This document shows, one piece after another, positions 47,609 through 58,183 of a stretch of DNA of 64,000 bases. Numbering within the stretch: position 1 is the stretch's first letter; each line of letters begins with the position of its first letter. A program made the position numbers and the translations under genes. Below the pieces are notes generated by a model that worked only from the letters and a program-made list of their open reading frames with translations, was not told the DNA's origin and made no database searches. This stretch comes from Candidatus Bathyarchaeia archaeon (GTDB lineage Archaea > Thermoproteota > Bathyarchaeia > Bathyarchaeales > Bathycorpusculaceae), in NCBI GenBank assembly GCA_038882975.1, contig JAVZNE010000002.1, forward strand, positions 64,001 through 128,000, written 5' to 3'.

Positions 47609-48889
47609 TTAGCCCGGCGCTATTGTCTGGTTTGCAAATTCACCTTTAACGTACTGGTGGGGATAAATCTTTGTCGCTTTGAGAATACACCCCTCTGCTA
47701 TTGTGACGTCGTCGGCTATCACTGATGTTTCGCTTATCTTTGTTGGCTTCCTTGCATTGGAGTGTATTGTCACATGTCTCCCTACGATGCAGTCTTTTAT
47801 TTCGGATTTTGCTTCTATTATGACTCTATCCATTATAGCCGAGTTTTCTATGGTTACACCGTTCTCTATTTTAGTGTAGTTGTCGATGCACGAGTTTGCA
47901 ATGCGAACCCCGTCGCCTATCTCACAGTGTCTTCCGATCAAAACTGAACCTTCAACTTCGATTCTACCTTCTTTAATTTTCCTTATGATTTCCTTCCTAC
48001 GCCTTATGGATTCCGGGCTTTCACCTTGAACCCAAACCCTTGCCTTTTCGTCTATTCTCCCGCCAAAATCCGTAAGCGAAGAGAAGCGTCCTTCAAGCAT
48101 GTCCCTCATGGCTTCCAAATAGCGTTTTGGAGTGCCAACATCATACCAGCTTCCTTTCAGAACATAACCATAAACCGGTCTGCCAGTTTCAATCACGTAT
48201 GGAATAAAATCGTAACCGAAGTCCAAGCGTTTCCGCTCCTTCATCAGCTTTTTAACACCCTTTTCTTTGAAGATCTTTCTTATTTCAGGGGAAACCATGT
48301 ACAAGCCAGTGTTAGCCAAATTTGACGGTGCCTCCTTAGGCGTTGGCTTTTCCACAAACTTGCGAATTCTCATGCCTTTGTCTATGTCGGCTATTCCATA
48401 ACCCTCGACGTTCTCAACTTCGCGAAGTGCTATTGTTATGACGGCTTCTTTTTCACGGTGAAATTCGATGAGCTCCTTTAAATTGACGTCAAATATGTTA
48501 TCTCCTTGCACTGCAAACACGGGGTCCCTAACGTTATAGTATTCTATGTTTATTCTTGCCGAGTCGGCGCTTCCTAAATCGTCTATGTTTGGTTGGTATT
48601 TGATGTGTACACGGGGCGTTATACCATAACGGGCTGAAAATCCATAACCAGACTCAAAGTAGTCATGTAAATCCCTATAATTCGTGTAGCCTTTAACACC
48701 GAAAATGAAGTTTCTTATCCCTTGACGGGCAAGAGACAATAGCGAAAACTCTATTAAGGGTCTGTTTAGTAGGCGGATGCACGCCTTGCTAGTCTCAGCT
48801 GTTAGGGGCAGGAGTCTAGTGGCTTTGCCTCCCACCGGGATTATTACCCTTAGTCTTTCTGGTTCATAGTTGTGGCGCAAAAGCCTCAC
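47609..48889 (-). CDS. NDP-sugar pyrophosphorylase (nucleotidyltransferase + left-handed beta-helix)
   Basis: GGKATRLLPLT..K, QGD, FVEKP, WYDVGT, hexapeptide tail. Confidence 0.92.
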   Translation of the reverse strand: MRLLRHNYEPERLRVIIPVGGKATRLLPLTAETSKACIRLLNRPLIEFSLLSLARQGIRNFIFGVKGYTNYRDLHDYFESGYGFSARYGITPRVHIKYQPNIDDLGSADSARINIEYYNVRDPVFAVQGDNIFDVNLKELIEFHREKEAVITIALREVENVEGYGIADIDKGMRIRKFVEKPTPKEAPSNLANTGLYMVSPEIRKIFKEKGVKKLMKERKRLDFGYDFIPYVIETGRPVYGYVLKGSWYDVGTPKRYLEAMRDMLEGRFSSLTDFGGRIDEKARVWVQGESPESIRRRKEIIRKIKEGRIEVEGSVLIGRHCEIGDGVRIANSCIDNYTKIENGVTIENSAIMDRVIIEAKSEIKDCIVGRHVTIHSNARKPTKISETSVIADDVTIAEGCILKATKIYPHQYVKGEFANQTIAPG

Positions 48890-48986
48890 CAGCTTTTACA
48901 ATGCATATTATGGTTAAGCGTATTAAACTTTCTAAAGGAAACGTGAATTTTATAACCAAAGCCCAATTTATCTTAATACAAAAGGT

Positions 48987-49862
48987 TTGGGCTTCATGAA
49001 AAAAATCGTTGGCTTTGTTCGTCTAATGCGACCCCTAAACTGTTCGATGATGGGCTTCGCAGTTATAGTTGGAGCTACCATCGCAAATTCAAAGGCTTTG
49101 GCAGATTCGTGGAGCAACCTAATTTATGGGTTCTTTACCGGTTTTCTACTGACGGCGGCCGCCATGGCCGTAAACGACTACTATGATAGGGAGATAGACG
49201 CCATAAACGAGCCTTCCAGACCCATTCCAAGCGGCGCGGTTAAACCGAAAGAAGCGCTGGTCTTCTCCTTCACACTTACAGCGTTAGGTTTGGCTGTAGC
49301 TGCCCTTACATGTATCAACACAATGTCCATTCACTGTTTTTTAACAGCCCTAATTTTTTGGCTCATTTCAGTGGCGTATGCCACAGCTGGAAAGCGGACA
49401 GGGCTTTTGGGAAACTTTTTAGTTAGCTCTTGTGTTTCAGCTCCTTTCATTTACGGAAGCTTGACGGTGACCAGTAATGTTGAACTGAGCATTTTGATTT
49501 TTGTCTCTATGGTTTTCCTATCAAACACCGGGAGGGAGATAACTAAGGGAATAGTTGACATTGAAGGCGACAGAAAACGCAACGTTAAGACTTTAGCCGT
49601 ACGTTATGGACCACGAAAAGCTGCAATCACAGCGGCAATTTTTTATCTAACTGCAGTGGCGCTAACCCCTATGCCGCCGATATTAAATCTTGTTACTTTT
49701 TGGTTTATCCCATTGGTGGCTATAACGGATGCGGGGCTTGCAGCATCCTCAATAATGCTTTTAATGAACTATTCGAGGGAAAATGCACGAAAGGTAAAAA
49801 ATCACGTTTTGATATGGTTCCTTGCGGGACTGGGAGCCTTTGTAGCTGGAAGCTTACGTTAG
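48987..49862 (+). CDS. Digeranylgeranylglyceryl phosphate synthase (UbiA family)
   Basis: LMRP.N, NDYYDREIDAINEPSRPIPSG, REITKGIVDIEGD. Confidence 0.9.
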   Translation: MGFMKKIVGFVRLMRPLNCSMMGFAVIVGATIANSKALADSWSNLIYGFFTGFLLTAAAMAVNDYYDREIDAINEPSRPIPSGAVKPKEALVFSFTLTALGLAVAALTCINTMSIHCFLTALIFWLISVAYATAGKRTGLLGNFLVSSCVSAPFIYGSLTVTSNVELSILIFVSMVFLSNTGREITKGIVDIEGDRKRNVKTLAVRYGPRKAAITAAIFYLTAVALTPMPPILNLVTFWFIPLVAITDAGLAASSIMLLMNYSRENARKVKNHVLIWFLAGLGAFVAGSLR

Positions 49863-49957
49863 GTGCTGGCATTGTGTTTTGACCTCGTCCTAAAAGTTGG
49901 AATTAATAAGCAGTTAATAACGTTATTAGATTGACAAAACCCGTGAAGTGCCCTTAA

Positions 49958-50404
49958 TTGAACGGTGAAGATGAAGATAAACTTGAATATGCCCTTCGAG
50001 GAAAAGCCTGGAAGGTTTACTGGCTTCTATTAAAGAACGGCCGGCCTATGAGTGTACGGGAAGTGCAGAAGGCTTTGCATTTCAGCAGTCCCAGCGTGGC
50101 GCAACACCATCTTGAACAGCTTCGTGAAATGGGCCTAGTTCAGAAACAGGATGTAGGTGGTCACTATTATCTTGTCAGTGAAGTTAAGATTGGTGTGCTC
50201 CGCCACTTTGTTAAATTGGGTAGGCTTCTCTTTCCAAGATATTTGTTTTATGCAGTTTTCTCCACAACCTTCTTTGCGACTTACCTTGTACTTACAATGC
50301 CCAATTTCACAAGGGAAAGCTTATTCCTAATAGTTTTCGGAGCCATTGTCGCGACAATATTCTGGTATGAAACTATCCGGGTATGGTCTTTGAAGCCATT
50401 CTAA
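49958..50404 (+). CDS. Winged-HTH regulator with C-terminal transmembrane helices
   Basis: SVREVQKALHFSSPSVAQHHLEQL HTH followed by two hydrophobic segments. Confidence 0.8.
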   Translation: MNGEDEDKLEYALRGKAWKVYWLLLKNGRPMSVREVQKALHFSSPSVAQHHLEQLREMGLVQKQDVGGHYYLVSEVKIGVLRHFVKLGRLLFPRYLFYAVFSTTFFATYLVLTMPNFTRESLFLIVFGAIVATIFWYETIRVWSLKPF

Positions 50405-50475
50405 TCGTTAGACGAGGTGTACTAAAAATTAGGATAAAATAAAAGGATAAGGACTATCTTAAGCGGTGAAATGAG

Positions 50476-52374
50476 TTGTTAAGGGAAGTTAAGCGGCAGT
50501 CGGCAACTTATGGGTTAACAGCAGTCTTAATCGCTCTAATACTAGGGGCACTGTGCTACAACCTTAAAATACAACCAAATGGAAGCAAAAACCAAAATCA
50601 GCCTCCACCACAACCCTCTCCGCAACCATCTCCACAGCCATCTCCCCAACCTTCACCACAACCATCGCCAGAACCAATACCAGAGCCAACACCCCAGCCC
50701 CCACCACAACCCCTAAAAACCTTCTCGTCATATGAAGAGCTGTTAAACTTTCTATCGGCAAACACAAACATTACAGGGCCTCCTCTATATTTGGGACCGT
50801 TAGACAGAGATGTTTTGGCGGAGATAACAGGCTTGCGCATACTTGGCGGTGAAGGCGCATATTCGACGACAAATGTGCAAGTTGCAGGTGTTGATGAAGC
50901 TGATATCGTAAAGACTGACGGCGAATATGTATACGCAATAGCTAAGAACAACATCTATATTGTGAAAGCATACCCGCCAGAAAATATAACTATAATGTCA
51001 AAAATAGCGTTTGAAAATTGCACGTTTCCCGCTGGGCTATTCATAAGTGCAGACGGCAATAAACTAGCAGTTCTGGGAGGCACATATCGCCCAATTCGAT
51101 TGCCACCCCTTCCATGGACATATGATTACGTATGGCTAGATATTTACGGTTACAACCTATACTACGCTATGGATGTAAAAGCGTTTATCCACGTCTACGA
51201 CGTTTCAAGCAAGTCAAGCCCGATCTTGATAAGAAATTTCACAATGAGTGGAAGCTATTTTAACTCGCGAATGATAGGCGAATATGTGTACGCTGTTATA
51301 AGTCAGCCAGTCTACATAATCAACAGTACTGTTATTCTCCCGCAAATATATTTGGAAGACGGTGTTAGAGAAATTGAAGCGACAAAAATATACTATTCAA
51401 ATGTTTCCGAGAATTTCTACACCTTTACAACAATTGTCGCTTTAAACATAATGAACTCGACTGAGGAGCCAAACACTTTAACCCTACTGATTGGAGGGAC
51501 AAGCACCTTATACGTTTCATTAAACAACATCTACATAACATTCCACAACTTTAACTGGCAAACGACAACAATCTACAGAATAAAAATAGAAAATGGAACC
51601 ATGAGTTGGAAAGCAACAGGAACTGTGCTAGGACATGAACGTAACCAATTTTCCATGGATGAATATGACGGCTATTTTAGAATTGCAACAGCACATTGGG
51701 TGAACGGGACGCGGCGGAACGACTTATATATATTGGATATGAATTTAGCCATCGTTGGAAACTTAACAAACATTGCACCTGGCGAAAGCTTAGACTCAAC
51801 AAGGTTCATTGGAAACCGTTGCTACCTCACAACATCGGTTGTGCGGAAAGATCCATTCTTTGTAATAGATATCGAAAACCCAAGAGAACCAAAGCTATTA
51901 GGCAAACTGGAATTTCCAGGGTTTACTCAATATTTACATCCATACGACGAAAACCATCTAATAGGCGTCGGTATAGATGTAAACAGAAGAGTTCAAATAC
52001 TAATGTTTGACGTAAGTAACGTTAGTAATCCAATTGTAATGAACAACTTTACGGTTCCGGATTGTTCGGAAACACCAGTTCTATGGGAGCATAAGGCGTT
52101 TCTCTTTGATAAGGCAAAAGAGTTGCTAGTTATACCAGTGTCTATATATGACTGTTCGTGGCAAGGAGTCTACGTGTTTAACATAGCAAACTATGCACTT
52201 ACGCTTAAAGGAAATGTTACGCATCTCGAAAGCGGCGTTGATGAATGGAATTACGTTTACTGGATTAAAAGAGTCCTATACATTGAAGACATGCTTTACA
52301 CGATATCTGAAATGAAGCTAAAGATAAACTGGTTGGAAGACCTTTCGCCAAAAGGGGAAATATTCTTTCCCTAA
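50476..52374 (+). CDS. Membrane-anchored secreted beta-propeller protein
   Basis: N-terminal TM, Pro-rich linker, YSTTNVQVAGVDEADIVKTDG, NQFSMDEY, PGFTQYLHP. Confidence 0.88.
   Translation: MLREVKRQSATYGLTAVLIALILGALCYNLKIQPNGSKNQNQPPPQPSPQPSPQPSPQPSPQPSPEPIPEPTPQPPPQPLKTFSSYEELLNFLSANTNITGPPLYLGPLDRDVLAEITGLRILGGEGAYSTTNVQVAGVDEADIVKTDGEYVYAIAKNNIYIVKAYPPENITIMSKIAFENCTFPAGLFISADGNKLAVLGGTYRPIRLPPLPWTYDYVWLDIYGYNLYYAMDVKAFIHVYDVSSKSSPILIRNFTMSGSYFNSRMIGEYVYAVISQPVYIINSTVILPQIYLEDGVREIEATKIYYSNVSENFYTFTTIVALNIMNSTEEPNTLTLLIGGTSTLYVSLNNIYITFHNFNWQTTTIYRIKIENGTMSWKATGTVLGHERNQFSMDEYDGYFRIATAHWVNGTRRNDLYILDMNLAIVGNLTNIAPGESLDSTRFIGNRCYLTTSVVRKDPFFVIDIENPREPKLLGKLEFPGFTQYLHPYDENHLIGVGIDVNRRVQILMFDVSNVSNPIVMNNFTVPDCSETPVLWEHKAFLFDKAKELLVIPVSIYDCSWQGVYVFNIANYALTLKGNVTHLESGVDEWNYVYWIKRVLYIEDMLYTISEMKLKINWLEDLSPKGEIFFP
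50599..50713 (+). repeat. Coding Pro-rich (PQPS)n tandem linker
   Basis: 12-nt period, synonymous-diverged units encoding PQPS x5, then PEPI/PEPT. Confidence 0.8.
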
Positions 52375-53738
52375 ACTCCTTCCTTTTTCGGCTCTACGTG
52401 AACGGTGACTATGGTTTCCGTAAACTTGCGTTTTACCCCGTTTTCGATTTTTGATGCCACTTTATGGGCTTCCTCTATTGTTATTTGGCTTGTGAAACAG
52501 CAGTCTATGTTTATGTAGCGCTTTCCGCCAACAACGTATGTGACTATTCGCTTAACCGAGAACACTTGTTGCAGGCTTTCAGCCGTTTTATAGATTACTT
52601 GCTGAATTTCCCTTTCATCCACTACTGGGCCTCGCTGTTTCATGTCAAATGGTTCGATGTGGACTGTTACGTTGCCGATGTTTTCCAGTTTTTCGCTTAG
52701 CCTACCCTCTATCTTCTCAGCAAGCTCATGAGCTTCACTTACAGACAAGGAAGGATCAACATACGCGTGCAATGTAACGTAGAGTTTGCCATGAGAATAA
52801 ACAACGTTTACTTCGTGAACCTCTTTGACGCCCTCAACTTCCTCAGCCAACTTTTCCACAAGTTTGGAGGTTAAAATTTCCTTTTCTGGTGGCTCCACGT
52901 GGATTGTGACTTCAGCGTTCCCCAAAGCGTTCTTCAGCTTATCTTCAACCTGTGATGCAAGTGCGTGGGCTTCCTCTAGCCCCATATAATCTGGAACTTG
53001 TATGGCGGCTTCAACAAAGGTTTTGTCTCCAGCCCTTCTAACCCTCAACCCTTTAACGCTGGAAACGCCTATTGTTGAGGCTATTTCCTTCCGCACCTTA
53101 TCTGCAACATCCCTTGAGATTGCGTCGCTTAGCTCCATTCCACTTGTTTTAACCAGCCTAATGCTTAGGTAGCCTATGGCGGCGCTTAGAATAAGAGAGG
53201 CTGCTGCGTCTGATATTGGAAAGCCTATTGTTGCGAGTCCAAATCCTAAGAGGGCGATAAGCGTCGAGCCTAAATCTGCCAGGGCATGGTAAAATCCCGC
53301 TTTTACTGTGACGCTTTCCATTTCCACAGAGTGCAGCACTTTAACCCTTAAAATGTCTATGCAGAAAGTATAGCCAATCGCGGCAAAACCAGCCATCTCC
53401 CACTCTTGATTTAAGGGTTCGCCATGTAACAGTCTTTGAACAGCCCTGATAATTAAGAATATGGCTGTGCCGAGGAGTATGACCCCGCCGATGAGCCCGC
53501 CTAGCGGCTCAATTTTCTCGTGCCCGTACATGTGTTCCTCGTCAGGCGGTTTAATGGCAGCCCTAGCTGCCACTAATAAAATGAACATGGTTACAGCGTC
53601 TAGCAGAGCGTGCATGCCGTCGCTTAGAATGGCTAGGCTGCCAACAGCCAAACCCAAAACAACTTCTACGATTACCACGCTGGATATGGCGATAGCTGAA
53701 ATTTTTAGGCTTCTAAGTCCAGTCTCTTTTAAAGGCAT
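52371..53738 (-). CDS. Cation diffusion facilitator with three C-terminal dimerisation domains
   Basis: SDGMHALLD, HMYGHEK, HALAD; three EAH..A..IE..VTIHVEP-type repeats. Confidence 0.92.
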   Translation of the reverse strand: MPLKETGLRSLKISAIAISSVVIVEVVLGLAVGSLAILSDGMHALLDAVTMFILLVAARAAIKPPDEEHMYGHEKIEPLGGLIGGVILLGTAIFLIIRAVQRLLHGEPLNQEWEMAGFAAIGYTFCIDILRVKVLHSVEMESVTVKAGFYHALADLGSTLIALLGFGLATIGFPISDAAASLILSAAIGYLSIRLVKTSGMELSDAISRDVADKVRKEIASTIGVSSVKGLRVRRAGDKTFVEAAIQVPDYMGLEEAHALASQVEDKLKNALGNAEVTIHVEPPEKEILTSKLVEKLAEEVEGVKEVHEVNVVYSHGKLYVTLHAYVDPSLSVSEAHELAEKIEGRLSEKLENIGNVTVHIEPFDMKQRGPVVDEREIQQVIYKTAESLQQVFSVKRIVTYVVGGKRYINIDCCFTSQITIEEAHKVASKIENGVKRKFTETIVTVHVEPKKEGV

Positions 53739-53941
53739 TATCCATCAAATAGATTGCCCAGCCCTCGGGATTTAAGGATTGTGAAACAAGGCTTAGCAAA
53801 ACATTTAAAACAATAGCCTTACATGATTATGTGGGTATCAAAGTGCAAGGTGAACACTTTAACCCAACATAGCCCCTTAAAAAGCTTCACTCAACCCTTT
53901 AGATTTGTTTCTCATGAAATTTTTGAAGGAGGCACAAAACA

Positions 53942-55234
53942 GTGAGCGTAAGCGACATTCTAGATGGAAAACTGACCGAACGCGAGGTTGAGATAAAAGG
54001 CTGGCTTGTCAACAAACGCTCAAGCGGTGGAGTCCAATTCCTAATAGTACGCGACGGGACAGGCTTCATACAGGCAACAATCCACAAAGATGAGGTTTCC
54101 GCGAAAGTTTTTGAAAACACAGAAAAGTTGACGCAGGAATCCTCTATAGTATTGAAGGGCGTCGTTAAAGAGGATAAACGTGCACCTGGAGGCTACGAGA
54201 TAAGGGTTAAGGACTTGCAGGTTGTGCATTTGGCGGAACGTGAATACCCATTGGCGAAAAAGGAGCATGGCATCGACTTCCTAATGAATTATAGGCAGTT
54301 GTGGATCAGAAGCCCAAGGCAGACAGCCATCTTAAGGATTAGGGCTGAAGTGATTAAGGCTTGCAGAGACTTTCTTGACAGCAGAGGCTTCGTCTTAACA
54401 GACGCCCCAATATTCACGCCCGCCGCTGTTGAAGGAACAACAACCCTTTTTGAAGTCCCATATTTTGGTGAAAAGGCTTACCTAACCCAAAGCGGGCAAC
54501 TTTATGTTGAAGCCACCATAGCCGCCTTTGGAAAAGTCTACTGTTTCGGCCCAACATTTAGGGCTGAAAAGTCCAAAACGCCCAGACACTTAACAGAGTT
54601 TTGGATGGTTGAACCGGAGATAGCCTTCTGCGACTTTGAGGAAAACTTGAAAATTCAAGAGGAAATGGTAACCTACATTGTTAAAACCGTTCTAGAGAAG
54701 CGGCGAAGAGAGCTTGAAACCCTCAAGCGGGACATAACACCTTTAAAGAAGGTTGAGCCTCCCTTCGAGAGAATAAGCTACACAGAGGCTGTGGAAATGC
54801 TGCAGAAGGCTGGCTTCCCTATCCAATGGGGAGAAGACCTTGGAGCACCCCACGAACGGCACATTTCCCTTCAGTTTGAAAAGCCAGTTTTTGTACACAG
54901 ATACCCAGCCAAGGCTAAAGCCTTCTACATGCAGCCAGACCCAGAAAACCCAGAAGTCGTATTATGCGCCGATTTGATGGCGCCGGAAGGCTATGGAGAA
55001 ATAATAGGCGGAAGCCAACGCATCCACGACCTCAAACTACTGGAAAAACGCCTAGAGGAGTTTGGCTTGCCAAAACAAGCCTACGAATGGTACCTGGATT
55101 TGCGGAGGTATGGCTCAGTGCCGCATTCAGGCTTTGGACTGGGAATTGAGCGAACAGTCATGTGGATTTGCAAGCTAAAGCATATAAGAGAAACAATACC
55201 CTTCCCAAGAACATTAACCCGTATATACCCGTAG
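53942..55234 (+). CDS. asnS: Asparagine--tRNA ligase
   Basis: [39 protein letters not shown]. Confidence 0.95.
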   Translation: MSVSDILDGKLTEREVEIKGWLVNKRSSGGVQFLIVRDGTGFIQATIHKDEVSAKVFENTEKLTQESSIVLKGVVKEDKRAPGGYEIRVKDLQVVHLAEREYPLAKKEHGIDFLMNYRQLWIRSPRQTAILRIRAEVIKACRDFLDSRGFVLTDAPIFTPAAVEGTTTLFEVPYFGEKAYLTQSGQLYVEATIAAFGKVYCFGPTFRAEKSKTPRHLTEFWMVEPEIAFCDFEENLKIQEEMVTYIVKTVLEKRRRELETLKRDITPLKKVEPPFERISYTEAVEMLQKAGFPIQWGEDLGAPHERHISLQFEKPVFVHRYPAKAKAFYMQPDPENPEVVLCADLMAPEGYGEIIGGSQRIHDLKLLEKRLEEFGLPKQAYEWYLDLRRYGSVPHSGFGLGIERTVMWICKLKHIRETIPFPRTLTRIYP

Positions 55235-55249
55235 AGTTTTAGTTTCTTG

Positions 55250-58072
55250 TTATTTCCACTTCCAAACTTTTCTACCCATGAATATCTCCGGGAATATCAA
55301 AAGTCCCCAGCTAGCTACTCCAGCAACATATGCGAGGTCGGTTAGGCTTAAGCCCGTTAGATGGAACAATTGCTGTGTGATTGGTATGTAAGTTATTCCA
55401 AGGGTTAATGCTACAGATGCCAAATCAGCTATAACGAAAAACTTGTTTTCAAAGGCTTTCCTGCCCATTCTCCAAACGCTACGCTTTTCCGAACGGCAAT
55501 TCCAGACAACAAAAAGTTCAAACAGCGCTGCTTGGACGAATGCTGTTGTGGTGGCTTCTCGATAGGTAAGCTGCCTTGCTACCTCATCAATTGTCCCATC
55601 TGGGCGAATCCACGGGTGAGATGGCCAGACGTAATATTCTAAGCAGAAGACAAGGAAAGTTCCGGTTGCTTGCAGTATGAAGGAGGCTATTATGAATGCT
55701 CCCATTCCGTGGAGGATGCCTTCTTCGGGTTTACGTGGCGGTCTATCCATGACATCAATATCTGGTGGATCTGTTGCAAGGGCTACTGCGGGAGCGCCAT
55801 CTGTTACAAGGTTTATCCACAGTATCATTGCTGGCAATAGTGGAAGTGGAAACAGTTCTGGTGAGAATATTCCCCCTAGAATGGCAAATGTGCCTATAAC
55901 TAGCAGTTCATCGAAGTTGCATGATATTAGAAAACGTGCGTATTTCCTTATATTGTCGTAGATAACCCTTCCTTGCTCCACAGCCTTAACTATTGTTGCG
56001 AAGTTGTCGTCTGTGAGAACAAGGTCCGACGCTTCCCGCGTAACGTCTGTGCCGCTAATGCCCATCGCGACACCAACATCGGCGGCTTTAACAGCTGGCG
56101 CATCATTAACGCCGTCACCAGTCATTGCCACTATGTGACCTTTCTTTTTCAAAGCATTGACAATCTTTAGCTTGTGTTCCGGTGAAACGCGAGCATAGAC
56201 TGTTACTTTTTCAACTATTTCTTCAAATTCCTCGTCGCTTAGCTGGTCCATTTCAGCGCCAGTTAAGACCATGTCTCCTTCCTTGTATATTCCAACCTCC
56301 TTTGCAACAGCAATGGCGGTCAGCTTGTGGTCGCCTGTTATCATAACCGTTTTTATGCCAGCCTTTTGGCATTTCTTGTTGGCTTCTATGGCTTCCTCTC
56401 TTGGAGGGTCTATCATTCCTTGAAGCCCAACAAAAACCATTCCCCTTTCAACAGTTTCAGCATCATACTTTGTCATGGTTGGCGGCAAGCGCTTATACGC
56501 CGTAGCAAGAACTCTGAGAGCGTTTCCAGCCAATTGCTCGTTCACAGCCAGAACCTCTTTTTTCCGTTCTTCTGTAAGCCTCCTTTCTTTTCCTCCCTCA
56601 AATACGTGGGTACATCTTTCCAGAACGACTTCAGGCGCGCCCTTCATGTAGGCGTGAACCTCGCCTTCCGGAGTCTTGTGGATTGTGGTCATGCGTTTCC
56701 TTTCAGAAGTGAAGGGTATTTCACCAACGCGTGGATAACTATTTTCTAAAGCCTCCTTGCTAAGTCCAGCCTTGGTAGCCGCTACAACAAGTGCTCCTTC
56801 TGTCGGATCGCCGAAGATTTCCCAACTGTTGTTTTGCTCGTTTTTTCTTAAGCTGGCATTGTTGCATAGGGCACCTATTCTTAAAACAAATTCAAGACTG
56901 CTATCAGGCTTTACAGGGTCTCCGTCAATGCGAAACTCACCCTTAGGCTCATAACCAACCCCAGTCACTTCAACAAGTTTTCCATCAACATAGATTTGGC
57001 GAACAGTCATTTCGCCTTTAGTTATCGTCCCGGTTTTGTCAGAGCATATGACCGTCACCGCGCCGAGGCTTTCTGCTGATGAAAGCCGCCTCACTATAGC
57101 GTTGCGCTTTGCAAATTCCCTCGCCCCTAGGGCCAGCGCTATAGTAACAATGGCTGGTAGGCCCTCAGGAACTGCGGATATTGCCAATGAGATTGAGGAC
57201 ATAAAAGCTTGAATGAAGCCTTCGGGTTCAAAGTGCATCTTCATTATTACCTCAAACGCTTCCAGTGCAAAAATGAGTACACAGACAGCTATCACGACCT
57301 TGGCAATTTTGCTGGCAAACCTATCCAATTTCTTCTGAAGGGGTGTTTCTTCCTCCTCAGCGGTCTGAACCATCTCGGCGATTTTGCCGAACTCGGTGTT
57401 CATTCCTGTGGCGGTTACAACAGCTTTGCCCCTGCCGTAAACAATGTGGGTTGCGGAGAAAACCATATTTCTCTTTTCTGAAACGGGAGTATCCTCCCTC
57501 AAAACCACTAACTCTTTCTCGACTGGTGTGGATTCTCCGGTTAGAACAGCCTCATTCGCCTTTAACTCAACAACTTCAATGAGCCGCGCGTCTGCTGGAA
57601 CATGGTCGCCTTCCTCAAGTGCTAAAATGTCGCCGGGAACAACCTCACTTGCCGGAATAATAATCTCTTTTCCATCTCTTATTACACGGGCTTTTGGAGC
57701 TGCCAACTTTTTGAGGGCTTCAACAGCCTTTTCAGCCCTATATTCTTGAACAAATCCTGTAATTGCACATAAAAGGACTATGGCACCTATCGTTATAGAG
57801 TCTGCGTAGGCCTCAAGAAACTCGCCTTGCAGCATTTCGTAGTATCCAACAATAGCTGAGAATATGGTGGCCGCAATCAACAACAAAATGAAGACGTCTT
57901 TGAACTCATCCAAAAACATGTGGAGAGCTGTCCGACGCTTTACCTTCTTAATTTCGTTTGGTCCATATTTTTTAAGTCTTTCAAGGGCTTCAGATGATGA
58001 TAAACCGTTATGACTTACTCCTAACTCCTTAAAGACTTCGTCAACTTCCATTGCATGCCAAGGCTTCGACAT
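55250..58072 (-). CDS. P-type cation-transporting ATPase (P2A, Ca2+-like)
   Basis: LTGES, PEGL, DKTGT, KGAPE, GDGVND, WINLVTDG. Confidence 0.95.
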   Translation of the reverse strand: MSKPWHAMEVDEVFKELGVSHNGLSSSEALERLKKYGPNEIKKVKRRTALHMFLDEFKDVFILLLIAATIFSAIVGYYEMLQGEFLEAYADSITIGAIVLLCAITGFVQEYRAEKAVEALKKLAAPKARVIRDGKEIIIPASEVVPGDILALEEGDHVPADARLIEVVELKANEAVLTGESTPVEKELVVLREDTPVSEKRNMVFSATHIVYGRGKAVVTATGMNTEFGKIAEMVQTAEEEETPLQKKLDRFASKIAKVVIAVCVLIFALEAFEVIMKMHFEPEGFIQAFMSSISLAISAVPEGLPAIVTIALALGAREFAKRNAIVRRLSSAESLGAVTVICSDKTGTITKGEMTVRQIYVDGKLVEVTGVGYEPKGEFRIDGDPVKPDSSLEFVLRIGALCNNASLRKNEQNNSWEIFGDPTEGALVVAATKAGLSKEALENSYPRVGEIPFTSERKRMTTIHKTPEGEVHAYMKGAPEVVLERCTHVFEGGKERRLTEERKKEVLAVNEQLAGNALRVLATAYKRLPPTMTKYDAETVERGMVFVGLQGMIDPPREEAIEANKKCQKAGIKTVMITGDHKLTAIAVAKEVGIYKEGDMVLTGAEMDQLSDEEFEEIVEKVTVYARVSPEHKLKIVNALKKKGHIVAMTGDGVNDAPAVKAADVGVAMGISGTDVTREASDLVLTDDNFATIVKAVEQGRVIYDNIRKYARFLISCNFDELLVIGTFAILGGIFSPELFPLPLLPAMILWINLVTDGAPAVALATDPPDIDVMDRPPRKPEEGILHGMGAFIIASFILQATGTFLVFCLEYYVWPSHPWIRPDGTIDEVARQLTYREATTTAFVQAALFELFVVWNCRSEKRSVWRMGRKAFENKFFVIADLASVALTLGITYIPITQQLFHLTGLSLTDLAYVAGVASWGLLIFPEIFMGRKVWKWK

Positions 58073-58183
58073 CTAAACGCCTCTTCCAAGCTTGCAAATT
58101 TAAAAGACTCATACCGCAACTTACTTATAAAATTCGCTATTTACCAGCCTTTTTAAAGCATGTTTCAGAAAAAGGGAGGGAGC

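Noticed and set aside
50599-50713. PQPS repeat as a DNA-level VNTR or contingency locus
   Set aside because: Units differ at synonymous positions, indicating an old protein linker rather than active slippage
53739-53941. Possible C/D box sRNA in the CDF-asnS gap
   Set aside because: Only a partial C-box-like ATGATT and no properly placed CTGA D box
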